Below, piece by piece: positions 9,087-16,463 of a stretch of DNA of 64,000 nucleotides. The notes below the pieces were generated by a model. It was not told where the DNA came from. It did no database searches and saw only the letters and a program-made list of their open reading frames with translations. Both the position numbers and the translations under genes were made by a program. The number at the start of each line of letters is the position of its first letter. Position 1 is the stretch's first letter. The DNA is taken from contig CAVQLY010000007.1 of assembly GCA_963713475.1 (NCBI GenBank), forward strand, positions 64,834 through 128,833, in the 5' to 3' direction. The stretch comes from an uncultured Thermoleophilia bacterium. Its GTDB lineage: Bacteria; Actinomycetota; Thermoleophilia; UBA2241.

Positions 9087-10156
9087 CCTCCGTGAGCCCC
9101 CAGCGTTCCGTCGCCGGCCTCTGCGCCGACATCCTGCAAGGAGCCGTCCCGAGCGAGGCGGACCTCGAAGCACTGCTGCGCGCCGGCGAAGAGGCACCTC
9201 TGGTGTTCGCCGCCGCGCGCGAGGCGCGCGCCCGCCACTCGGGCGACGCGGTCTTCCTCTACGGCTTCGTCTACTTCTCCACCTACTGCCGTAACGAGTG
9301 CGCCTTCTGCTTCTACGGCGCGGGCAACGACGAGAGTCCGCGCTATCGCAAGACCACGGACGAGGTCGTCGCGATCTGCCGCGACCTCGCGGCGTCCGGG
9401 GTGGTGCTCCTCGACCTGACCATGGGCGAGGACCCCGCCATCCACGACGAACCGGGCCACACGGCGCTGCTCGAGCTCGTCGGCGCCGTCGCGACGGAGA
9501 CGGGCGCGCCGGTCATGGTCTCGCCGGGCGTGCTGCCGGAGGCCTCGCTGCGCGAGCTGAAGGCCGCCGGTGCGGACTGGTACGCGCTGTATCAGGAGAC
9601 GCACACGCAGGAGCTGTACGAGAGCCTTCGCGTGGGCCAGCCGTTCGCGGCGCGCGTCGCCGCGCGCAGCGCGGCCCGGCGCGCCGGCCTGCTCGTGGAG
9701 GACGGCCTTCTCACGGGCATCGGCGACACGGCCGCCGACCGCGCCCGCTCCATCGTGGCCATGCGCGAGGCAGGCTGGGAGCAGGTCCGCGTGATGACCT
9801 TCGTCCCGCAGGCGGGGACGCCGCTCGCCGACGTGAGCCCTGCCGGCGACGCCGACGAACTGCTCACCATCGCCGCCATGCGTCTCGCCATGCCGGACCG
9901 GCTGATCCCGGCCTCGCTCGACGTGGACGGCATCGCCGGTCTCGAGCGCCGGCTCGAGGCGGGCGCCAATGTGGTCACGTCCATCGTGCCGCCCACGGTC
10001 GGCCTCGCCGGGGTCTCGCAGGCCGAGCTCGACATCGACGAGGGTCACCGGACCGTCCACGGTGTGCTGCCGCACCTCGAGCGGCTGGGGCTGCGGCCGG
10101 CCGGCGTGGACGAGTATCGCGAGCGGATGGCGCGCCTGGCGGTCGTCCCGGGGTGA
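9083..10156 (+). CDS. pylB: Methylornithine synthase PylB (radical SAM lysine mutase)
   Basis: Radical SAM motif YCRNECAFCFY. BioB/HydE-like TIM barrel of about 357 aa, immediately followed by pylC and pylD. Start GTG 9083 (or 9092). Confidence 0.85.
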   Translation: MTSVSPQRSVAGLCADILQGAVPSEADLEALLRAGEEAPLVFAAAREARARHSGDAVFLYGFVYFSTYCRNECAFCFYGAGNDESPRYRKTTDEVVAICRDLAASGVVLLDLTMGEDPAIHDEPGHTALLELVGAVATETGAPVMVSPGVLPEASLRELKAAGADWYALYQETHTQELYESLRVGQPFAARVAARSAARRAGLLVEDGLLTGIGDTAADRARSIVAMREAGWEQVRVMTFVPQAGTPLADVSPAGDADELLTIAAMRLAMPDRLIPASLDVDGIAGLERRLEAGANVVTSIVPPTVGLAGVSQAELDIDEGHRTVHGVLPHLERLGLRPAGVDEYRERMARLAVVPG

Positions 10157-10160
10157 GTCC

Positions 10161-11403
10161 ATGCGTCTGTTGATCGTCGGCGGCAAGCTGCAGGGCACCG
10201 AGGCCGCCTATCTCGCCGACAAGGCCGGGTGGGACACGGTGCTCGTGGACCGGCGCGAGGCGCCGCCGGCCGCCGGCATCGCGCACGTGCACGTGCAGGC
10301 CGACGTCACCGCCGACGAAGCCGCGGCCAGGAGCCTCATCACCTCGTGCGACGCCGTCCTGCCGGCGTGCGAGGACGAGTCCACGCTGGCATGGCTGGCG
10401 GAGCGCGTCCCCGCCTGGGATGTGCCGCTGCTGTTCGACCTCGACGCCTACCGCGTCAGTGCGTCCAAGCTCGCGTCGCGGCGCCTGTTCGAGGACCTGG
10501 ACGTGCCGCGGCCGCGCGAGTGGCCGGCGTGCGGGTTTCCCGTCGTGGTCAAGCCCAGCACGGCCAGCGGCAGCGAGGGCGTGGTCGTGGCGCACGACGA
10601 GGCGGAGCTGGACGCCGCGCGGCGCGAACTGGAGCGCGGGGGCCACGAGGTCGTCGTGGAGGAGTACGTGGCCGGCCCGTCGCTCTCGCTCGAGGTGCTC
10701 GCCTGGGGCGGGCGGGCCGTGCCGCTCCAGGTCACGGGTCTCGAGTTCGACGCCGCCTACGACTGCCGGCGCGTGGTGGCGCCGGTGGGCGAAGCGGCCG
10801 GGGAGCCTGCGGCCGCCGGCCCCGGCGGCGCCTGCGCCTGGGACGCCGCCGTCTCCGCCGGCGTCCTGGCCGCCTTCGACGCCGCCTCCGTGCGCGTCGC
10901 AGAGGGCCTCGGCCTGAACGGCCTCATGGACGTCGAGGTGATGGTCGGCCGCGACGGGCCGAAGCTCCTCGAGATCGATGCCCGCCTGCCCAGCCAGACG
11001 CCGACGGCGGTCTACTGGTCGAGCGGGCTCAACATCGTGGAACTGCTGGAGCGGACCGTGCGCGACGCGGCGCCGCCGGCGATCGACCGGACGTCGCGGC
11101 GCGCCTGCGTCTACCAGCACGTGCGCGCGTCGCGAGGTATGCTGGACGTCCTCGGCGAGCACGTGATGGGCGCCGCCGGGCCGCTGCGTCTGGTGCCCGG
11201 CTTCTTCGGCGCCGACGAGGCGCTCACAGACTACGCGCCAGGGTCCTCCGAGTGGGCGGCGACGCTGATCGTCACCGGGTCCGAGCGTGCGCGAGGCGCG
11301 CGAGCGGGCGGCCGGAGTGGTCGCCGAGCTGGCGCGGCACGAGGGTCTGCGGGCCGCGCCCGAAGACGACCTGCAGAGGGCCGACGAGAGAGGTGCCCGA
11401 TGA
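10161..11403 (+). CDS. pylC: PylC, ATP-grasp (3R)-3-methyl-D-ornithine--L-lysine ligase; apparent +1 frame disruption near 11277-11286
   Basis: N-terminus MRLLIVGGKLQGTEAAYLADKAGWDTVLVDR and ..LLFDLDAYRVSASKLASR.., ..LLEIDARLPSQTP.., ..FFGADEALTDY..EWAATLIVTG match PylC. After ..IVTG the plausible tail SVREARERAAGVVAELARHEGL..ERGAR* continues in frame +1 and ends at TGA 11401-11403, overlapping the pylD ATG. Confidence 0.8.
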
Positions 11404-12206
11404 CACGACTCACAGAGACAGACGTCACCGCGCTCACGCGTGACCTCGAGGCCTTCGAGTCCAGATTGCTCGAGGCGACGGGCCTCGGTCTGCGCGACCT
11501 GGCTCTCCGCACCGTCACCGAAGGCGACCGCTGCGTCCAGCTGCACGGCGCCCGCATCGCCGCGGTGCCCATGTCGTCGGGTGCCGGCGTGATCCCCGGC
11601 TTCTCAGCGTGCGTCGTGGCGACGCTGCTGCACCTCGGCTGCGACGCCTGGATGACCACGCAGCCGGACGTCCGCGGCATCCAGGCGGCCGTCGCCCAGG
11701 GCGCCACCGTCCTCTTCCTCGCCGACGATCACCGCTTCGTAGCGCTCAACCTCACCAAGGCCTGCAGCGTGGACGACGACCCGGCCACGGCCGACGGCTA
11801 CGTCACGGCGCTCGAGACGGCCGCCGGCGGCCTCGAGGGGCGCGACGTGCTGCTCCTCGGCCTCGGTCCGGTGGGGCGCGCCGCCGCCCGCCGCCTGGCG
11901 TCCCGTGGCGCCAAGGTGCTCGTCGTCGAGCCGGATCAGCAGCGCGTCGAAGCCGCCCGCGAGGTGGGCCTCGCGTTCGAGACGACGGACCTTGCCGGAG
12001 GGCTCGCGCGCTGCGACCTCATCTTCGACGCGACGCCGGCGGCCGACATCATCGACGTGGCCGACCTGCGCGAGGGGACCATCGCCGCCGTACCCGGCAT
12101 GCCTTCGGCGTTCACCGCGGCGGCGCAGAAGGCCCTCGGCGTGCGCCACATCCACGAGCCGCTCGCCATCGGCGTCGCGGTCATGGCGGCGCGCGCGCTT
12201 CTCTGA
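11400..12206 (+). CDS. pylD: PylD, pyrrolysine synthase (NAD-dependent dehydrogenase)
   Basis: ..ARIAAVPMSSGAGVIPGFSACVVATLLHLG.., ..VLFLADDHRFVALNL.., Rossmann GLGPVGRAAARRL, ..IFDATPAADII.., ..EPLAIGVAVM.. parallel archaeal PylD. 268 aa. Confidence 0.85.
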   Translation: MTRLTETDVTALTRDLEAFESRLLEATGLGLRDLALRTVTEGDRCVQLHGARIAAVPMSSGAGVIPGFSACVVATLLHLGCDAWMTTQPDVRGIQAAVAQGATVLFLADDHRFVALNLTKACSVDDDPATADGYVTALETAAGGLEGRDVLLLGLGPVGRAAARRLASRGAKVLVVEPDQQRVEAAREVGLAFETTDLAGGLARCDLIFDATPAADIIDVADLREGTIAAVPGMPSAFTAAAQKALGVRHIHEPLAIGVAVMAARALL

Positions 12207-12259
12207 CGCCGCTGCGTCACCGCGCTCACGCCGGCGCCCCGCACCGGCGACCCGCGCGT

Positions 12260-12267
12260 TGTACAAT
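12260..12267 (+). promoter_or_regulatory. Candidate -10 element (TACAAT) for pylT
   Basis: TACAAT at 12262-12267, 10 nt upstream of the tRNA 5' end. No convincing -35. Confidence 0.35.
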
Positions 12268-12277
12268 CGCGTCGCGC

Positions 12278-12350
12278 GGGGGGTCGATCGGAAGGATCAG
12301 CGCGGGCTCTAAACCCACGTAGGCGGGTGTGACTCCCGCACTCCCCGCCA
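12278..12350 (+). tRNA. pylT: tRNA-Pyl (anticodon CUA)
   Basis: 73-nt cloverleaf. Acceptor GGGGGGU/ACUCCCC (one G-U). Single nt between acceptor and D stem. D stem GAUC/GAUC with 5-nt loop GGAAG (no GG). 6-bp anticodon stem (one C-A mismatch). Loop CUCUAAA with CUA at 12309-12311. 3-nt variable loop. T arm GCGGG-UGUGACU-CCCGC without GTTC. Discriminator G. CCA encoded. Confidence 0.85.
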
Positions 12351-12397
12351 CAAGCTCCCTCTCCACCGTCTCCGCTGCCGGAGCCTCCGGCTCGCGG

Positions 12398-13330
12398 TCA
12401 GTCCGCCGAGAAGGTGACGGGGATCTTCACCTCGTCCAGGCGGGAGCCGTCCTCCATGTCCTGATCGAAGACGATCAGGCTGCCGCGCTTCGCCGAGGTC
12501 GAGAAGGGGACCTCCTTGGCGAAGCGGCCGCGGCCGGGCGCGCCGACGCTCGCCTGCATGATCACGTTGACGATGCGGCGGCCCGAGGAGTCCACGAGCC
12601 TCGCCTGGAACGACCCCTCGAACACGCTGGCCGTGCCCGTCAGCGAGAACGGGCTGGTAAGCACGGCTCCGACGCCCGGCGACTCGACGAAGATGTTGGG
12701 CTCGAAGTCGCGCCAGTCGCTGCGACGCTGGGCCTCGGCGAGCGGGACACCCTCGCCGCCCAGCGCCTCGACCGGCTTCCCCTCGATGAGGAACTCGACC
12801 GAGCGCACGGTCGGGAACCGGGTCAGCGTGTAGACCACTTCGGCCACGCGGGCGGTCATGGAGAGACTGCCGCCGCCCGAGGCAAAAGCCTCGGACAGGT
12901 CGACCTGGGCCGTGGTCCCGGAGATGGCGAGCCCGAGGAGTCTCGTGCCGGCCGGCACCGTGCTCGTCAGGCCGGCGGACGTCTCCGCGGCTGTGGGGCC
13001 GGCGAGCAGGGCCTCCATGGCCGCCGTCGCCGGCATGGAGGTGTGCGCGACGCGGCGCTCGGCCACGCCGAGCTTCTCGTCGCGCAGGAAGTACAGCCGC
13101 AGCGACGTCTCGGGGGCGGCCCCCGGTGACGAGGATGGAGACGCCGAGCCCGACGGTATGGACGTAGGGTCGACCGTTGCGGAGTCGGTGGCGGTGGGCT
13201 GCGAGGAGGCGCCGCCGGACGAGCCGCCGCAGGCGGCGAGCAGTGCGGCGCCGGCGAGGATGAGGACTGCCGCGGAGATCAGCAGGAGCGGAAGCAGGCG
13301 GCCGAGGCCGGCTGCGGCGCGACGGGTCAT
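12398..13330 (-). CDS. GerM-domain lipoprotein with C-terminal Ig-like (Gmad2-type) domain
   Basis: Signal peptide with lipobox LLAAC. ..LRLYFLRDEKLG..AAMEALLAGP..TAQVDLS.. is GerM-like. 310 aa. Confidence 0.65.
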   Translation of the reverse strand: MTRRAAAGLGRLLPLLLISAAVLILAGAALLAACGGSSGGASSQPTATDSATVDPTSIPSGSASPSSSPGAAPETSLRLYFLRDEKLGVAERRVAHTSMPATAAMEALLAGPTAAETSAGLTSTVPAGTRLLGLAISGTTAQVDLSEAFASGGGSLSMTARVAEVVYTLTRFPTVRSVEFLIEGKPVEALGGEGVPLAEAQRRSDWRDFEPNIFVESPGVGAVLTSPFSLTGTASVFEGSFQARLVDSSGRRIVNVIMQASVGAPGRGRFAKEVPFSTSAKRGSLIVFDQDMEDGSRLDEVKIPVTFSAD

Positions 13331-13400
13331 CGGGCACCTCGGGTCTGGATGGGCCGGGATGGAACCTTCGACGCGCGCTCCGGGCGCTCCTGCCCGCCCG

Positions 13401-13409
13401 TGCTAGACT
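13401..13409 (+). promoter_or_regulatory. Extended -10 element (TGcTAGACT) predicting a (near) leaderless pylSn transcript
   Basis: Hexamer ends 9 nt before ATG 13419. No Shine-Dalgarno in between. Confidence 0.4.
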
Positions 13410-13418
13410 GGCCTCCCG

Positions 13419-13748
13419 ATGCCGACCGACCCCACCAAAGCGCGGTACTACCGCAAGCAGGTCCCGCTCTTCCGCCTGGTCGAGAAGGTCAAGCTGTGGC
13501 CGTCGCGGCGCGGCATCCTGCACGGGATCAGGGAGTTCGAGGAGCGCGGCTCCTACGCCGTCGTGGTGACGCACTGCAACAAGCACATGGTCGTCCACGA
13601 CTCCAAGACGAGCCGCGCCGCCCGCTGGCTGCGCAACAAGTGGTTCGCGGAGGCCTGTCCGCAGTGCCGCATCCCCGAGTGGAAGCTCCAGAAGTACGCC
13701 TCGACGCAGTTCAAGCGGGGCTACGGGTCGCACCTCAAGGACCTGTGA
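13419..13748 (+). CDS. pylSn: PylSn, stand-alone N-terminal tRNA-Pyl-binding domain of pyrrolysyl-tRNA synthetase
   Basis: ..KLWPSRRGILHGIREFEERGSYAVVVTHCNKHMVVHDSKTSRAARWLRNKWFAEACPQCRIPEWKLQKY.. parallels the Methanosarcina PylS N-terminus ([52 protein letters not shown]). 109 aa. Confidence 0.85.
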   Translation: MPTDPTKARYYRKQVPLFRLVEKVKLWPSRRGILHGIREFEERGSYAVVVTHCNKHMVVHDSKTSRAARWLRNKWFAEACPQCRIPEWKLQKYASTQFKRGYGSHLKDL

Positions 13749-13800
13749 GCCGTCGCCGGCGCGACCGCTCTCGCGGGCGATGGCGGCTGGGACGCGCGTC

Positions 13801-14685
13801 CTAGAGCAGCCGCCAGCTCTCCGGCCGCAACTGCGTCGCGGCCGGTGCGTCCAGCACTCTGTCCAGCTGCGCGACGATGGCCGCCTTGTCGCCGGGCAGG
13901 CGGCCTCCGATCGGAAGGTAGTTCGAGGCGTGGTTGCAGCGGAAGAGGCAGTCGCTGACGTCGAGGTTCGCGACGATCTCGCGCAGTTCGCGCAGGATCC
14001 CGATGGAGTCCGGCAGCACGACCTGGCTGGTCGCCACCTTGCGCTCCATGGCCGTCCCGGGGGTCAGCATGAGGGTGAGCAGCCCGATGTACTCCGGGTC
14101 GATGGTCGAGAGGACCTCGCCGGTGGCCACTGCGTGCACCAGCGAGCGCTCGCGCCCGGCGAGCCCGAGGATCGCGGTCACCGAGAGCTGCATGCCGGCT
14201 TCCGACGCTCGCCGGCAGCCCTCGATCTGCTCCGCCACGGTGATGCCCTTGTGGATGTCGGCGAGCGTTTGCTCGTCGCCTGATTCGAGGCCGAGGTAGA
14301 GGAGCTCGACGCCGCGCTCACGCAGCGCCGCGAGCTCGTCCACGGACTTGCCGAGCAGGTTCCGCGCGTTGGCGTAGCTGCTCACGCGCTCCAGGTTCGG
14401 AAGCGCCCGGTGCAGGAGGTCGAGGATCGCGTCGAGCTTGCGCGAGCTGAGCGCCATGGCGTCGCCGTCGGCCAGAAAGACGCGGCGCACCCGCTGGCGG
14501 ACGGTGACCGGGAGGCCGGTGATGTCCTCGACGACCTCGTCGAACGGACGCACGGCGAAGGGCTTCTCCAGGTACGTGCCGCAGAAGTCGCAGGTGTTGT
14601 TGGAGCAGCCGTACGTGACCTGGACGATCAGGCTGTCGGCCTCGCTCGGAGGGCGGATGACGGCACCGTGGTATCGCATGTCCAC
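13801..14685 (-). CDS. Radical SAM protein of unknown function with atypical CX4CX2C cluster motif
   Basis: ..VQVTYGCSNNTCDFCGTY.. plus ..VFLADGDAMAL.., ..LYLGLESGDE.. radical SAM core. 294 aa. GTG start. Ends in TAG. Divergent from the corrinoid protein gene. Confidence 0.7.
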   Translation of the reverse strand: MDMRYHGAVIRPPSEADSLIVQVTYGCSNNTCDFCGTYLEKPFAVRPFDEVVEDITGLPVTVRQRVRRVFLADGDAMALSSRKLDAILDLLHRALPNLERVSSYANARNLLGKSVDELAALRERGVELLYLGLESGDEQTLADIHKGITVAEQIEGCRRASEAGMQLSVTAILGLAGRERSLVHAVATGEVLSTIDPEYIGLLTLMLTPGTAMERKVATSQVVLPDSIGILRELREIVANLDVSDCLFRCNHASNYLPIGGRLPGDKAAIVAQLDRVLDAPAATQLRPESWRLL

Positions 14686-14727
14686 GATGCTAGCATGGGC
14701 GCCCGGCCGGCGCGTCCCGGAGGGGTC

Positions 14728-14851
14728 GGCCGGATGGGCATGTCCGTTTCATGTTCGACCCTGTGCACTTGTGGTCGCGGATTCAAGCGGCTGATATACT
14801 CGCCCGCACGTGCTGAGGGAGGGCGTTCGGGGGAGCGTCCGGCCGGATGGG
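14728..14851. repeat. Direct repeat GGCCGGATGGG (14728-14738 and 14841-14851) in the radical SAM / corrinoid-protein divergent intergenic region
   Basis: Identical 11-mer cores 113 bp apart with similar flanks (..ATGTCCG / ..ATCCGGTCCG). Perfect palindrome ATGCTAGCAT at 14687-14696 next to the radical SAM start. Confidence 0.5.
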
Positions 14852-14963
14852 ATCCGGTCCGTACATTCCTCCGGCTTGCGGTGTCATGCGCCCGAACTCC
14901 GTACCCGCCATACCTAGTTGCGCGGTAAACAGTTGTGAGCAAAGTCGGGAGGAGTCCAGGGTC

Positions 14964-15597
14964 ATGGCAGACATCTACCAGGAAGCAGCCGAGAGCATCG
15001 TGAACGCCGACAGGGCATCGGTCCGAGGAGATCGCGCAGCGCGCGCTCGACTCGGGCATCGCCCCAGCGGACATCATGCAGAACGGCTTCGTCAAGGGCA
15101 TCCAGGAGGTCGGCGACCTCTTCGAGAGCGGTGAGGTCTTCCTCCCCGAGCTGATGATGAGCGCGGACGCCATGGCCGGCGCCACCGAGATCACAAACGC
15201 CGCCCTCGAGGGCGAGGCCGCCGAGGCCAAGGGCATCATGGTCATCGGCACCGTCCAGGGCGACGTGCACGACATCGGCAAGGCGATCGTCATCGCCTAC
15301 CTCAAGGCCAACGGCTACGAGGTCACCGACCTCGGCCGCGACGTCTCTGCCGACACCTTCATCGACAAGGCCAAGGAGCTCAACGCCGACGTCATCGGCA
15401 TGAGCGCCCTGCTCACCACCACCATGGAAGAGCAGAAGAAGGTCATCAAGCGCATCAAGGACGAGGGCCTCTCCTACAAGACGGTCGTCGGCGGCGCCCC
15501 GTGCACGCAGCGCTGGGCCGACCAGATCGGCGCCGACGCCTACGCCGAAGACGCCAACGACGGCGTCAAGAAGATCGACGCGCTGCTCGGCAAGTAA
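14964..15597 (+). CDS. Methyltransferase-cognate corrinoid protein (MtmC/MtbC/MttC-like); apparent +1 frame disruption near 15018-15027
   Basis: N-terminal cap helix MADIYQEAAESIVNADRA.. (frame 0) continues as EEIAQRALDSGIAPADIMQNGFVKGIQEVGDLFESGEVFLPELMMSADAM (frame 1). B12-binding DxHxxG motif (GDVHDIGK). ..SALLTTTM... About 210 aa if repaired. Confidence 0.75.
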
Positions 15598-15626
15598 GAC
15601 CGCCGCACAGCTGTTCAGGGTGACCC

Positions 15627-15663
15627 GAGAGGGGCGGGAGCGCGCAGCGCTCCCGCCCCTCTC
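15627..15663 (+). terminator. Stem-loop terminator after the corrinoid protein gene
   Basis: Perfect 17-bp stem GAGAGGGGCGGGAGCGC / GCGCTCCCGCCCCTCTC with 3-nt loop. Confidence 0.6.
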
Positions 15664-15728
15664 GCATTGAGGCGCGTATCGCCGTGCCGCGTGGGGTAGT
15701 CACTGGGTGTCGACGCGAGGAGGCGATC

Positions 15729-16430
15729 GTGACTGCGGCACCCATCGTGCTGGTACCCGGATTCTGGCTCGGCGCGTGGGCCTGGGATGAGGTCGCGGGC
15801 ATACTGCGCGCCGAGGGGCACGAGGTCACGGCGGTGACTCTGCCCGGCCTCGAATCGACCGATGCCGACCGCTCGGAGGTCACGCTGGCCGACCACGCGG
15901 AGACGATCCGCGACGCGGTCGCGGCGGCCGGACGGCCGGTCGTGCTGGCCGTCCACAGCGGGGCCGGGGCTCCCGGCTACGTCGCCAGCGACCGCATCCC
16001 CGAGCAGATCGCCGCCATGGTCTACGTCGACTCGGGTCCGGCCACCGGAGCGATCGATCCCGAGATGTCGGCGACGGAGTGGGCACTTCCCGCGTGGGAG
16101 GAGCTCGACGAGAACCTCGATGGGCTGACCGAAGCGCACCTCGAGGAGTTCCGCGCCCGGGCGGTGCCCGAGCCGGGCGCGGCGGTTCGAGATGCACCCG
16201 ACCTGAGCAACGAGGCGCGTCGCGACGTGCCGACGGTGGTCATCTGCACGTCGTTCTCGTCCGACGAGATCAAGGCCGCCGTCGCCGAGGGCTATGCGTG
16301 GACCGGCGGCATCGCCGAACTGCGCGACGTCACCTGGGTCGACCTGCCGACGAGCCACTGGCCGATGTGGTCGCGTCCGCGGGAGCTCGCCGATATCATC
16401 GGCGACGTCGCGAAGGCACACGCCTCCTAG
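15729..16430 (+). CDS. Alpha/beta-fold hydrolase
   Basis: ..IVLVPGFWLGAWAWDEV.., ..VLAVHSGAG.. nucleophile elbow. GTG 15729 preceded by GAGGAGG. Ends in TAG. Confidence 0.65.
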   Translation: MTAAPIVLVPGFWLGAWAWDEVAGILRAEGHEVTAVTLPGLESTDADRSEVTLADHAETIRDAVAAAGRPVVLAVHSGAGAPGYVASDRIPEQIAAMVYVDSGPATGAIDPEMSATEWALPAWEELDENLDGLTEAHLEEFRARAVPEPGAAVRDAPDLSNEARRDVPTVVICTSFSSDEIKAAVAEGYAWTGGIAELRDVTWVDLPTSHWPMWSRPRELADIIGDVAKAHAS

Positions 16431-16463
16431 ACGCCTGGCGGCGTGACTCGCGGCGCAGCGGCG

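Noticed and set aside
14686-14963. Cobalamin riboswitch upstream of the corrinoid protein gene.
   Set aside because: No B12-box-like conserved core was recognisable. The repeats there look like protein-binding sites instead.
11278-15027. Shared octamer GGTCCGAG at the pylC and corrinoid-protein break sites as a programmed frameshift signal.
   Set aside because: The octamer sits in different codon phase at the two sites and is absent from the other five breaks. It is kept only as a possible sequencing-error context.
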